NCBI GenBank assembly: GCA_965198005.1
Contig: CBDAOI010000004.1
Location: 736,001 to 800,000 of the forward strand
DNA length: 64,000 bases
Reading direction: 5' to 3'
Origin: Spirochaetia bacterium
GTDB lineage: Bacteria > Spirochaetota > Spirochaetia > SZUA-6 > Bin103
Shown here: piece by piece, positions 47,862 to 58,242 of the stretch
Layout: each line of letters begins with the position of its first letter
How positions within the stretch are numbered: position 1 is the first letter of the stretch
Program-made: the position numbers and the translations under genes
Notes under the pieces: generated by a model
What the model was told of the DNA's origin: nothing
The model's input: only the letters and a program-made list of their open reading frames with translations
Database searches by the model: none

Positions 47862-49398
47862 GGCGTTCCTCCATGAATCGGTTGGTCCGCAATTGACCCG
47901 CGATCAGCCGCGGCAACAGGGTGTCGCGTATCCTGGATACACGGCGAGACTCGCAGGCCGCCGCGCTAGCGCGGGCCATGACCGACTGAACTATCTTCCC
48001 GAATGCTTGAGCGACGCGTGCTGAGGGACTGATGCACATGAACTGCGACAGCGCTTGTGCAGGCACGCGCTGTCGTCCACTCGTCCCCGACATGTTTCTT
48101 ATGAGAAACTCCCGAAAATGAGGGCTGCGAGCGAGACAATAGCCGAACTCTGTCGGAAGCGGCGGTCTTGGCCGCATGACGATGTACTCCGTCGACCCCC
48201 AACCTATAGCTCCGGACTGCAGAAAGTCTACGTAGGCCGTTTTTCCGTTCTCCAGACACGGTGTAATGCGCGCCACCAGGGTATCGCCGCTCGTGAATCG
48301 CATCCCGGATCCATAAGGCCTATCGACTACCGTATGAGGTGTGTGTCCCGTTGTCGGCATGTTCGCCATGTCCAGGTACGTTGCCATCTGTCCCTTCCGC
48401 AACCGCCGCGTCGGGTTGACGTCGATTATGTTGCTCAGTGGGGCCACTTCCCATCCTATTGGGACTTCACCAGTTTCTGACTCCACGAGCCGGCAGGGGA
48501 AGAGACCGACGATGTCCTTGGGCAAACCGGTGTCGCGGCCTTCCATCTTGGCGCGCACGGGGTCGAAGTCGACGAACCAGGACTTGAACAGTGCCCGCGC
48601 CAGCGCCTCCAGCGTCGCGTTCATCCGCCGGTTCAGCTCCATCTTGTCGTCGAGAGTGCCGAGAACGTGGGCGATAGCGCGCTGTTCGCCAACGGTCGCC
48701 GGGATGCGTACGATCTCTTCATGTAGGTGGTTCCGGTTTATGCCGGGAACTGCTGCCTTGTCCGAACACGACGAGAAGTCGAGTGATCTCAGGAAGTAGC
48801 TGATGAACCGAGGATCGTTTCCCTTGAAGTCTCGAACGTACAACGCGGTATTAAGGGGCCAGAAGGCGTCTGGGATGAAGAACACCTTCCCCAGCGTGCC
48901 ATATCGACCGGTCACAACCCCCGGACCCGGTACCCTACTCTCGGAGTGATAGTCTGTGACCCCCGATGAGGACACGACCGGCACAGCGCCCTCGACGCGT
49001 CTATGCTTCGGCAGGTCGTAGCCACGCTTGAGCGTAATCACTTCGCCCAATGTAGTCTCACGCCATCCATCGCTGTCGATTCGTTCCGTATCGCCGCCGA
49101 ATACCGAATGCTCGGCCTTGATCCCGTCGCGGAACGACTCCGGCACTTCATCCCACACAAACAGGTCGACCCGGAACGGCAGGTTGCTGTCCTCGAACGC
49201 CTCCCGCAGATCGCCCACTTGGCGCCGCTGTTCCGGTGTAGAGAACACCACTAGGTCAAGATCGGACCGCGGGGTGGAGGTCCACTTCGCCCGGGAGCCG
49301 TAAACCCAGGCTGTCGTACCCGGCAGATGCCGTTCCAGCAGGGCAAGAACGGTACTGCGCTCCGCCGCCGTGATGTCGATAGCCGGGTCTACTCCCAT
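47854..49398 (-). CDS. hsdS: MNT nucleotidyltransferase fused to type I RM specificity subunit
   Basis: N-terminal GSRAKWTSTPRSDLD and LPFRVD; then two TRDs, EQRAIAHVLGTLDDKMELN helix, RDTLLPRL. Confidence 0.9.
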   Translation of the reverse strand: MGVDPAIDITAAERSTVLALLERHLPGTTAWVYGSRAKWTSTPRSDLDLVVFSTPEQRRQVGDLREAFEDSNLPFRVDLFVWDEVPESFRDGIKAEHSVFGGDTERIDSDGWRETTLGEVITLKRGYDLPKHRRVEGAVPVVSSSGVTDYHSESRVPGPGVVTGRYGTLGKVFFIPDAFWPLNTALYVRDFKGNDPRFISYFLRSLDFSSCSDKAAVPGINRNHLHEEIVRIPATVGEQRAIAHVLGTLDDKMELNRRMNATLEALARALFKSWFVDFDPVRAKMEGRDTGLPKDIVGLFPCRLVESETGEVPIGWEVAPLSNIIDVNPTRRLRKGQMATYLDMANMPTTGHTPHTVVDRPYGSGMRFTSGDTLVARITPCLENGKTAYVDFLQSGAIGWGSTEYIVMRPRPPLPTEFGYCLARSPHFREFLIRNMSGTSGRQRVPAQALSQFMCISPSARVAQAFGKIVQSVMARASAAACESRRVSRIRDTLLPRLIAGQLRTNRFMEERLD

Positions 49399-49805
49399 GT
49401 CGCTCCGCTCATGGTCTGGTAGATGCCGATCGCGTCGTCTATGAAGTCAGGGACCAGTGCGAGGCAGTTTAGCGCTTTCTCACCGTCGTAGTCGTGTGAC
49501 GTGTCGATCCGAGCATCGGCGTAGCGCAGCCACCGCTCCGACGGCGATGCGAGCAGGTGGTTCTCATGGGCGAGCCTGAAGATCGGCTTGGGGCTGTTGG
49601 GTACTTCCGCGACTCCCAGTTCCTCGGTGAGATACCTCTTCAGAACCTTCCACAGGCAGTCGTAGCAGGTTTCAAACCGCTGAATGACCGATTCCGCGAT
49701 TCCCTCACGGTCCAGCTCGGAGCGCTCATGACCGCCGTGTTGGTGGTTGTCGTACTGCTCCTCCAGACGCTTGAGCGATAGCTGGAACTTGTCGTACTCG
49801 ATCAT
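49389..49805 (-). CDS. HEPN / nucleotidyltransferase substrate-binding family protein (HepT-like toxin)
   Basis: [27 protein letters not shown] (RX4HXY); ATGA overlap with hsdM stop. Confidence 0.85.
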   Translation of the reverse strand: MIEYDKFQLSLKRLEEQYDNHQHGGHERSELDREGIAESVIQRFETCYDCLWKVLKRYLTEELGVAEVPNSPKPIFRLAHENHLLASPSERWLRYADARIDTSHDYDGEKALNCLALVPDFIDDAIGIYQTMSGATWE

Positions 49806-50345
49806 CCGCGGTCTCCATTTGACGTTCCCTGGCTGCCCGACACGCTGAACCCGAGCGTCTTCAGATTCTCGGCGATGGCGGTGTCGAGGCGTGCTCCGTC
49901 GGCCTGCTGAACTTCCAGCTCTGCGACCAGCCGCCGCATTTTCTGCTCGAACGGCTCGCGGTCGTCTTCCGGCACCTCCACTCCGACGTAACGTCCGGGC
50001 GTGAGCACGTGGCCGTGCTTGCCCACCTCCTCCAACGTCGTGCTCTTGCAGAAGCCGGGAATGTCGGCGTAGTCGCCGGCCGCTTTTTCTCCACGCCATG
50101 CATGGTAGGTGTCGGCGATGCGGGCGAGGTCGTCTTCGGTCAGCTCCCGGTGAGTTCGGTCTACCATGCGGCCAAGCTTGCGAGCGTCGACAAATAGCAT
50201 CGCACCGCGTCGGTCGCGGAACTTATCGCGTTGGCGGTCTCGCGCCAGAAACCAGAGGCACGCGGGGATCTGCGTCGAGTAGAAGAGCTGGCCTGGCAGC
50301 GCAACCATGCAGTCGACCATGCCTTCGAAGATCGCTGAAGGAGCG
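49802..50345 (-). pseudogene. hsdM: Type I RM methyltransferase, C-terminal fragment only
   Basis: [40 protein letters not shown]-binding and NPP motifs absent. Confidence 0.85.
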
Positions 50346-50349
50346 ACAG

Positions 50350-51615
50350 TCACGATACCTGTTCCTGACGTCCGGTAGCCCACTCGCCGGCGCGCATCAC
50401 CGGTTCGGTGGAGCCGTCGGCGAGCACGCCGTCGAGGTCCAGCCGGTCGGAGCCGATCATGAAGTCCACGTGGGTGGCGCTGGAGTTGGCGCCGGCGGCC
50501 GCGAGCTGCTGTTCCGACATGGCGTCGGCTCCGCTGAGGCATACCGTGTACGCTTGGCCGAGGGCGAGGTGGCAGGAGGCGTTCTCGTCGAACAGCGTGT
50601 TGTAGAACAGCCGGCCGAGGGCTGCAATGGGAGAGCCGTGCGGCACCAGGGCGATCTCGCCCAGGCGGGCGGCGCCGTCGTCGGTCGCGATCAGTTTCTC
50701 CAGCACCTCGGCGCCGGATTCCGCCTCGATCCGGACGACTCGGCCGCGCTCGAAGGTCAGGCTGAAGTTGTCGATCAGCCGGCCGCCGTAGTTCAGCGGC
50801 TTGGTGGACGCTACCGTGCCGTCGACCCGCCGGCTGTGCGGCATGGTGAATACCTCCTCGGTGGGGATGTTGGGGACGAACCGGGTGCCCTGGGCGTTGT
50901 GGTCGATGCCGCCCTTCCAGACGTGGCCGTCGGGGAGGCCGACGGTGAGGTCGGTGCCGGGCGCGGCGTAGCGGAGCGCAGTGTAGGCGCGCCGGTTCAG
51001 GTGCGCGCGCCGCGCCTCCAGCGCGTCGACGTGGCGGCGCCAGGCTGCGCGCGGGTCCGGCTGGTCCGCCCGGCAGGCGCGGAAGATGGCGTCCCACAGC
51101 CGGGCTACCTGCTGATGCGCCGGCGCTTCGGGAAACACCCGTGCCGCCCAGGGGGCGACCGCGGCCGCGATCACGCACCAACTCACGCGCATGGTGGTGA
51201 CGTAGTCGCGACGGAAAGGTCTCACGTGCTCGGAAGCGACGCGCAGGGTGGTCGCCACGCGCGCGGGATCCTGGTCCTTGAGCAGGTCGGGATTGCCGCC
51301 GACCACCGTGAGAAACGCCGCGCCCTGCTCGGCGCGCTCGATCAGGCCCCTGACGCGCCAGGTAGGGTACTCCTCGAACGAGTCGGCCGGCGCGTGCTCG
51401 AATCGCACCAGCTCCAACTGGTCGTCGCTGTAGGAGACGTCCACGTAGGGGCAGCCGGCGTCGTAGGCGCGTGCCGCCAGCGCCCGGCTCAGCTCGACCG
51501 CCGCGATCGGTGCGCGGATGACCAAGCGCTGCCCGGGCTGCAGATTCAGGCCCACGCCGATCGCCAAGTCGGCGTAGCGCTGCAGGTTGGTCGTCACGGC
51601 GAGAGTGTAACGCAT
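50350..51615 (-). CDS. M29-family aminopeptidase (AmpS/PepS-like)
   Basis: [37 protein letters not shown]. Confidence 0.93.
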   Translation of the reverse strand: MRYTLAVTTNLQRYADLAIGVGLNLQPGQRLVIRAPIAAVELSRALAARAYDAGCPYVDVSYSDDQLELVRFEHAPADSFEEYPTWRVRGLIERAEQGAAFLTVVGGNPDLLKDQDPARVATTLRVASEHVRPFRRDYVTTMRVSWCVIAAAVAPWAARVFPEAPAHQQVARLWDAIFRACRADQPDPRAAWRRHVDALEARRAHLNRRAYTALRYAAPGTDLTVGLPDGHVWKGGIDHNAQGTRFVPNIPTEEVFTMPHSRRVDGTVASTKPLNYGGRLIDNFSLTFERGRVVRIEAESGAEVLEKLIATDDGAARLGEIALVPHGSPIAALGRLFYNTLFDENASCHLALGQAYTVCLSGADAMSEQQLAAAGANSSATHVDFMIGSDRLDLDGVLADGSTEPVMRAGEWATGRQEQVS

Positions 51616-51736
51616 CCGGCATCGCCTATATTTCCCCGGATGGGATATTCGTGCGACATTTCTTCGCCATTATCCACCGCAACGAGGGCGCAACGTCCTC
51701 GAACAGACTGAGGGGCGACCCCCGAGGAGGATAACA

Positions 51737-52270
51737 ATGGCAGGCACGTCATTGATCACGTTATCGATGAGGAACACGCGCTGGCTCGCGGTGCTGATTG
51801 CACTGACGGCTGTGGCCGCGACCGGCGGTTGCAGCGGCATGGGCGACATGAATGCGGGCGAGCATGAGGCCGGCGAAGAGGGCGAGGAGGAATCCCGCGC
51901 CATGCTGGCCCTGGACCAGACCTACGATGGGGTGCGCAACGGTGCGCGGCTCATCATGCGCTACGACGCGGAGGCCAACGCCTTCGTCGGCACGGTGCGG
52001 AATGTCACCGACGGCACCCTGCCGCTGGTGCGGGTGGAGGTTCACCTGTCGAACGGCACGGAGCTCGGTCCCACGACGCCGGTTGACTTGGCGCCCGGCG
52101 AGACGATCGACGTGGAGTTGAAGGCGCCGGCCGCGGCGTTCACCGGCTGGACGGCTCACCCGGAATCGGGCCCCGGTCACGGCGCCGGTGGCGAACACGG
52201 TGGCCAACACGGCACGGGCGGTGACAGCGGCGGCGAGCACGGCGGGGGCGGCGAGAGCGGCGGCGGTTGA
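51737..52270 (+). CDS. Putative lipoprotein with His/Gly/Glu-rich termini
   Basis: Signal ending ATGGC; VRVEVHLSNGTELGPT core; GGEHG repeats; GAGGAGG RBS. Confidence 0.7.
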   Translation: MAGTSLITLSMRNTRWLAVLIALTAVAATGGCSGMGDMNAGEHEAGEEGEEESRAMLALDQTYDGVRNGARLIMRYDAEANAFVGTVRNVTDGTLPLVRVEVHLSNGTELGPTTPVDLAPGETIDVELKAPAAAFTGWTAHPESGPGHGAGGEHGGQHGTGGDSGGEHGGGGESGGG

Positions 52271-52354
52271 GGCCGCTTGAGACGACCTCGGTATACTCGG
52301 GCGCGGCGCTCATCGGGGCGCCGCGCCGTATCATTGCTTTTTCGCGGAGGCGTA

Positions 52355-53029
52355 ATGACCAGTCGCACGATTCTGATCGTCGAGGACGAACCGCGGATCG
52401 CCCATTGGCTCAAGGTCCATTTCGAACGAGCGGGGTTCCACGCCGAAGTCGCCGGCGACGGACGCACCGGCTTGGCTCTTGCCCGCTCTCGCCGTCCCCA
52501 CCTGATCGTGCTCGATCTGATGCTGCCGCGTCTCGACGGGATGCAGGTGTGCCGCATCCTGCGTCGCGAGTCGGCCGTGCCGATCATCATGCTCACGGCG
52601 CGCGAGACCCATGCCGATCGCATCGACGGGCTCGACCGCGGCGCCGATGACTACATTGTCAAACCGTTCGACCCCGACGAGGTCGTGGCGCGCGCCAAGG
52701 CGGTGTTGCGGCGCGTCGATGACAAAGTGCGGCAGGTTCTGACCTGCGGCGCCATCACGATCGACGAGACCACCCGCCAGGCTTCGGTCGGCGACCGGCC
52801 GCTCAGCTTGACCCGCGCGCAGTTCGCGCTGCTCGCCGCGTTCATGCGGCATCCCCGGCAGGTGCTCACCCGCGACCAGCTCATCACCCTGGCCTTCAAC
52901 GACGACTTCGAGGCGTACGAGCGCGCGATCGACAACCACGTTCTTCGTCTACGCAAACAGCTCGGCGGCGAGGGCCGGCAGCCGATCCAAACGGTGTACG
53001 GCGCCGGCTACCGTTTCGTGCCGGAGTAG
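52355..53029 (+). CDS. OmpR-family response regulator
   Basis: ILIVEDE, LDLMLP, GADDYIVKPF, IQTVYGAGY. Confidence 0.93.
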   Translation: MTSRTILIVEDEPRIAHWLKVHFERAGFHAEVAGDGRTGLALARSRRPHLIVLDLMLPRLDGMQVCRILRRESAVPIIMLTARETHADRIDGLDRGADDYIVKPFDPDEVVARAKAVLRRVDDKVRQVLTCGAITIDETTRQASVGDRPLSLTRAQFALLAAFMRHPRQVLTRDQLITLAFNDDFEAYERAIDNHVLRLRKQLGGEGRQPIQTVYGAGYRFVPE

Positions 53030-53031
53030 TC

Positions 53032-54459
53032 GTGAGCGAGCGCACGACGTCGTTGCGCGGGCGCATTCTGCGGGCGTTCGTCCTGATCGTCGCTCTGGCC
53101 GTAGTGCTCGGCGTAGCGGTCGGTTACTACGTCACCCAGGGTCAAATGGATGCGTTCGTGGAACAGCTCATCGCGGTCGAAGCGAACAACGTGGCGCGCA
53201 GCTTGAGCCGCGCCTACCGCTCTGCCGGCGGCTGGGCGACGGTCGACCGGGTGCTGGCCGACGCCGGCTATTTCTACGACGAGGGAGACGCGGAACACGA
53301 AGGCCGCGGTGAACGCGCCGAACACGGCTCCGAGACGTTCCACGTCGATCGCGTGCGGATCGTGGTCGTCGACGGCGACGGCACGGTGATCCGCGACAAC
53401 CTGTTCCGGCTGCGGCCGGGCACGCCGGCGCCGGAATTGGGCGGAAAGCGGGTCGCCGTGATCGACGACCAGACCGGACGGCCGGTCGGTGCCGTGTACG
53501 TGGACGCCGATCGCGCGTTTCTGGCGACCGAAGCGCATGGGTTCCTGCGCCGCACGCTGACCACGACCGCGTTCGGCGGGGTGCTGATCGCCGCCGCGGC
53601 GCTGGCGTTGGCGGCCTGGATCTCGGGCCGCATCACGGCCCCGGTCACGCGTCTGACCGCAGCCGCCCGGAGCGTCGCGCGACAAGGTGACAGCGCCCTC
53701 CTTCCGATCACTTCCGCCGACGAACTGGGCCAGATGAGCGCGGCGTTCAATCGCATGACGAGCGCCCTTCAAACGCAGCGTGATCTGCGCCGGCGGCTGA
53801 TCGATGATCTGTCCCACGAGTTGAACACCCCGCTGAGCGTCATCCAATTGGAAGCGAAGGGGCTGCTCGACGGAATGCAGGAACCGGCCGAGGCCGCGGA
53901 CCGGATCATTCGGGAGGTGACGATGCTGCGCAACCTGGTACGGGATCTGAACTGGCTGGCGGAAACCGATTCGGGCGAATTGCGGCTTGCCCGGGAATCG
54001 TGCCCGGTCTCCCAACTGCTCAGCACCGAGCTGCAACGGTGGCAGCCGCAGGCTCGGGTGCGCCGGGTAAGCTTGTCGTTCCAGCCGCAATCGGGCCTAC
54101 CGGCGCTGGATCTCGACCGGACGCGCATGAGCCAGGCGCTGGGCAACGTGGTGCGCAACGCGTTGCAGCATACCGCGGCCGGCGGACGGATCGCGGTCGC
54201 GGCAGGAGTGGAGCCGGACGGGCGAGTGGCAATAACGGTCGCGGACGATGGCGCGGGAATCGACCCCGCCGACCTGCCGCACCTGTTCGATCGCCTCTAC
54301 CGGGCCGACCAATCCCGCACCCGAGGCACCGGCGGCTCAGGTCTGGGACTGGCGATCGCGCGCGCCATCGTCATGGCCCATGCCGGCACGATCAGCGTGA
54401 CCAGCGCGGGATTGGGACAGGGGACGACCGTGCGCTTCTTTCTTCCCGGCGCGGCCTGA
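53032..54459 (+). CDS. HAMP-containing sensor histidine kinase
   Basis: DELG HAMP, SHELNTPL, NVVRNA, DDGAGI, GSGLGL. Confidence 0.93.
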   Translation: MSERTTSLRGRILRAFVLIVALAVVLGVAVGYYVTQGQMDAFVEQLIAVEANNVARSLSRAYRSAGGWATVDRVLADAGYFYDEGDAEHEGRGERAEHGSETFHVDRVRIVVVDGDGTVIRDNLFRLRPGTPAPELGGKRVAVIDDQTGRPVGAVYVDADRAFLATEAHGFLRRTLTTTAFGGVLIAAAALALAAWISGRITAPVTRLTAAARSVARQGDSALLPITSADELGQMSAAFNRMTSALQTQRDLRRRLIDDLSHELNTPLSVIQLEAKGLLDGMQEPAEAADRIIREVTMLRNLVRDLNWLAETDSGELRLARESCPVSQLLSTELQRWQPQARVRRVSLSFQPQSGLPALDLDRTRMSQALGNVVRNALQHTAAGGRIAVAAGVEPDGRVAITVADDGAGIDPADLPHLFDRLYRADQSRTRGTGGSGLGLAIARAIVMAHAGTISVTSAGLGQGTTVRFFLPGAA

Positions 54460-54555
54460 CAAAGTGCCGGCGTGCCCGCGCGCGGTCATGGCGCTGCGCT
54501 ACTCCCTCCGAGGAACTGCCCGAGTTGCACTCCGGCGCGTCTGGCAGCCACGCCC

Positions 54556-55335
54556 TCAGAGCCGGTAGGACGGGTCTTCCCGGTCCAGAATCTCCCGCAG
54601 CTCGCGAAAGTGGTCGTCGCTCAGGTGCGGATAGTCGCGCCACTGGCGCGCGGTCTTGGCCGCCACCCGGTCGGAGACGATGCGCAACTCCCGGCCGGTC
54701 TGCAGGGCGGTGAGGTAGGTCGCGCAGGCGCGCTCGAAATAGTAGAGATCGTCGAACGCGCGGGCGACCGTGGCGCCGGTCACCATGACCCCGTGGTGGC
54801 GCAGCAGCAGAACCGGTCCGGCGCCGGCCAGGCGGGCGACGCGGTCGGCCTCGTCGTCCAGCCCCATGCCGTCGAATTGGTCATCGACCGTCACGCGGCC
54901 CCAGAACCGCATGGCGTTCTGGTCGATTGGGGGCAGCGTCGGATCGGCCAGACAGGCAAGCGCGGTCGCATACCGGGAGTGCACGTGCAGCACGCACCGC
55001 GCCTGCGGCACCTGGCGGTGGATGACGCCGTGCAGCGCCCAGGCGGTGGGGTCGGGAGCATCCGGCCGCTGCATCGTTTGCTCGTCACCGGCCTCGAGCA
55101 GCAGCAGCTCGCTCGCCCTGATGCGCGCGAAGTGGCGGCCTCTGGGGTTGATCAGGAACCGCGTGCCCGCCTCGCCGACCGCGAGACTGAAGTGGTTGGC
55201 GACCGCTTCGTGCAGGTCGTAGCGGGCCGCCCAGCGGAAGGCGCAGGCGAGAGCGATGCGCTCGCCGGCGAACTCCATGCCCGGTTGGCCGAGCGGTGCG
55301 GGCTGATCAGGGTGATCGGGGTGATTCGCGGCCAT
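54556..55335 (-). CDS. Class II aldolase/adducin-family protein
   Basis: ANHFS, FLINP, LHGVIH, CVLHVHS, LLRHHG. Confidence 0.88.
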   Translation of the reverse strand: MAANHPDHPDQPAPLGQPGMEFAGERIALACAFRWAARYDLHEAVANHFSLAVGEAGTRFLINPRGRHFARIRASELLLLEAGDEQTMQRPDAPDPTAWALHGVIHRQVPQARCVLHVHSRYATALACLADPTLPPIDQNAMRFWGRVTVDDQFDGMGLDDEADRVARLAGAGPVLLLRHHGVMVTGATVARAFDDLYYFERACATYLTALQTGRELRIVSDRVAAKTARQWRDYPHLSDDHFRELREILDREDPSYRL

Positions 55336-55512
55336 GACTGATCTCCTCATGATGATCGCCGGCCACGGTAGCGGGCCGGCGGTCTGCCTGTCCATCGGCG
55401 GTGGCGGACGGCCGGCGGACGGGGCGGCCGGCGGGAACGGCAGGCGGCGGGAGCTCCGGGTCTCCGGGACGCCGGGACGTGCCACCGGCGCGGGCTGGGT
55501 TATGGTGTGCGC

Positions 55513-56512
55513 ATGCCGTACTTCGCCCCCGACCGTCTGTCCGCCCACGCCGCGGCCCTGCTCGAGGCCGCCGGCACGCCGTGTGACATCGCCCGACTGG
55601 TGGCGGATTCGCTGGTGCTGGCCGACCTGCTGGGCCATCCGTCGCACGGCGTGCGGCGTGTGCCCCGCTACCTGGAGCTGGTGCGCGAAGGCCGCACCGT
55701 GCCGGACGCGCGCCCGCGGCTGGCACGCGAGACCGCCGTGACCGGGCTGGTCGACGGCCGGAGCGGGTTCGGCCAGTTTGGCGCGCGCTACGCCGCCACG
55801 GTGGCGTGCGACAAGGCCCGCGCCGAGGGGCTGGCGGCGGTGGGGTTGTTCAACACCGGTCACGTCGGACGCCTGGGCGAGTGGGTCACGCTGGCGTCCG
55901 ACCGGGGCCTGATCGGGCTCGCGTTCTGCAACGGCGGTCCGCGCGGCGGGCAGGTGGCGCCGTTCGGCGGTGCCGGTGCCGGACGGAGCACCCATCGTGG
56001 TCGACTTCGCGACCAGCATGGCCGCCGAGGGCAAGCTGGCCGTGGCCCGCGACCGCGGCGTGCCGGTGCCCGCGGGCACCATCCTGGACCGTGCCGGCAA
56101 CCCGACCACGGCGCCCGAGGACTACTTCAATGGCGGCATGCTGCTGCCCGCCGGCGGGCACAAGGGTACCGGGCTGGCGCTGCTGGTGGACGTGCTGGGC
56201 GGGATCCTCACCGGCGCCGGCTGCCCGTCCTGCGAGCAGTCGACGCCGATCAACGGCGTGCTCTTCCTGATGCTGAATCCCGGGTTCTTCCGCGCGCAGG
56301 ACGCGATCGACCGCGACCTTGCCAGCCTGCTGCGCGCGATCAAGGCAACCCCGCCCGCTGCCGGTGTCGATGAGGTGCTGGTGCCCGGCGAGCCGGAACA
56401 GCGCAACCAGGCCCGGCAGGCCGGCACCGGCGTAGAACTGGACGAGCCGTCCTGGCGCAGCCTGCTGCGCGCCGCCGAGGAACTGAACGTCCCGCTTGAA
56501 GGCGCCCGCTGA
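55513..56512 (+). pseudogene. Ldh_2-family oxidoreductase with internal deletion/frameshift (~55975)
   Basis: GHPSHG, GFGQ, HVGRLG then shifted frame DFATS, GGHKGTGL, PGEPE; GTNP motif missing. Confidence 0.85.
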
Positions 56513-56562
56513 GCGTGGCGGAGCTGCGCAGATGTCGACCGCGGCTGAGGCGCCGCCCGCCG

Positions 56563-57021
56563 CTACCGGGCGCTACCGCTGTCGAGCGCCGGCAGCACGT
56601 TGATGCCCAGCGCCGCGGCGTTGCGCCGCATCCGCTCGTCCATTGACAGCAGCGCAAGCTCGGTAACCAGGCTGCGCGCCGCCAACAGGGTCGAGAGGTG
56701 GATCGCGTCGGCCGTCCGCACCGGCTCCTCCGGGAAGGTGCGCCGCGAACGTTCCACCACCTCCCGGTCGATCGTGAAGATAGTCCAGTGATCGGCCGTC
56801 GCGGTGAGCATCTCGCGGGTGCGCGCGGCCAGCGCCAGACTGATCACGCCGCGGGCCTGCCCGCGGTGCAATACGCGGTCGCACTCGATCAGGGTCAGGT
56901 CGGAGGTGAGCACCAGTGGCGCCGCGTGCAGCCACTGGCGGGTTTCGTTACCGGCGTCCTCACCCAGCAGCCACGCCAGGATGGCGCTGGACTCGGCGTA
57001 CAGATTGGTTGGCCGCGTCAT
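56563..57021 (-). CDS. VapC/PIN toxin
   Basis: LYAESSAIL, TLIECDR, VRTADAIHL, DERMR. Confidence 0.85.
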   Translation of the reverse strand: MTRPTNLYAESSAILAWLLGEDAGNETRQWLHAAPLVLTSDLTLIECDRVLHRGQARGVISLALAARTREMLTATADHWTIFTIDREVVERSRRTFPEEPVRTADAIHLSTLLAARSLVTELALLSMDERMRRNAAALGINVLPALDSGSAR

Positions 57022-57308
57022 CCCGCGCCGCGTTCCTCGTCCAGCAGCCGTTGCGCCACACCCACGGTCAGGGAACGGGGCACGCGTGGATACGAGGCGG
57101 CGAAGTTGGTGGCGCCGAGGCGCACCTTGCCGGCACGCGCGTGCCGGATCAGGCCGGGATAGGCGGAGTCCGCGGCCTCACTGGTGGGCTGCGACAACTG
57201 CGCCACTACCCGACCCCGATCGGTTATCAGAACCTCCTCCCCATCGCGTACGCGGCGTACGTACTCGCTGAGCCGGTTCCTGAGCTCTCGAATTCCGACG
57301 GATACCAT
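57018..57308 (-). CDS. Phd/YefM-family antitoxin
   Basis: VGIRELRNRLSEYVRRVRDGEEVLITDRGRVVA. Confidence 0.9.
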   Translation of the reverse strand: MVSVGIRELRNRLSEYVRRVRDGEEVLITDRGRVVAQLSQPTSEAADSAYPGLIRHARAGKVRLGATNFAASYPRVPRSLTVGVAQRLLDEERGAG

Positions 57309-57399
57309 GGCCCCGCCATTGTGCCCTCAAGGAGCCACATAGTCCAGCGGGGGTATTTGTGGTGGAGTCATGAGCCGCTTGCGTGCTACGCTGCGAACC

Positions 57400-58242
57400 A
57401 TGCTGTACGGCGTTCACATTTTCCCCACGGAGCACTCGATTCAGCCCGGTGAGCTGGCACGCGCCGCCGAGCAACGCGGTCTGGAGTCGGTGTGGGTGTC
57501 GGAGCACACCCACATTCCGCTCCGCTTTCTGCAGGGATCGGGGCGCGGGCTGCCCGACTACTACGGGCAGACCTACGATCCGTTCGTGGCGCTCGCGCAC
57601 GCGGCGGCGGTAACCGACTCGATCCGGCTGGGCACCGGCGTCAGCCTGGTCATCGAGCGCGATCCGATCGTGCTGGCCAAGGAGGTGGCGTCGCTCGACC
57701 GGCTGTCGAACGGCAGGTTCATATTCGGGGTCGGCGCCGGTTGGCTGAAAGAGGAGATGAACGACCACGGGGTCGATTATCGTACCCGCTTCCGGCTGCT
57801 GTGCGAGCAGGTACGGGCGATGCAGGCGATCTGGACCAGCGCGCAGGCCGAGTTCCACGGCCGGTTCGTCCGCTTCGACCAGATGCGGGCGTTGCCCAAG
57901 CCGCAGCAGCGGCCGTACCCGCCGATCATCCTTGGTGGCAGCGGCGGCAAGGCGCTGGAGTGCGCGGTGGCGGTGGGCGACGGCTGGGCGCCCTGGCTGC
58001 TGCCGGCGGAGCAGCGGCAGGGGATGATCGCCGAGCTGCGGCGGCTGGCTGCCGAGGCCGGGCGCGACCCCGACGCGCTGGAGGTATCGCTGTTCGAGGA
58101 AGCGGTCCCGGACGCGCGCGAAACGGCCAAGATGGCGGCTCTCGGGGTCAGGCGGGTGATCGTGACTCTGCTCGGCAACGGCCGGGACGAGTCGCTCCCC
58201 GTGCTGGACGCGCTGGCCGCGGCCGCGCAGCGGGGGGCCTAG
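57400..58242 (+). CDS. LLM-class (F420-type) oxidoreductase
   Basis: WVSEHTHIP, DPFVALA, LAKEVASLDRLSNGRF, PKPQQRPYPPI. Confidence 0.9.
   Translation: MLYGVHIFPTEHSIQPGELARAAEQRGLESVWVSEHTHIPLRFLQGSGRGLPDYYGQTYDPFVALAHAAAVTDSIRLGTGVSLVIERDPIVLAKEVASLDRLSNGRFIFGVGAGWLKEEMNDHGVDYRTRFRLLCEQVRAMQAIWTSAQAEFHGRFVRFDQMRALPKPQQRPYPPIILGGSGGKALECAVAVGDGWAPWLLPAEQRQGMIAELRRLAAEAGRDPDALEVSLFEEAVPDARETAKMAALGVRRVIVTLLGNGRDESLPVLDALAAAAQRGA

Noticed and set aside
49802-51622. 606-aa ORF as full-length HsdM
   Set aside because: Only the last ~180 aa are HsdM; the rest is an off-frame reading of the aminopeptidase
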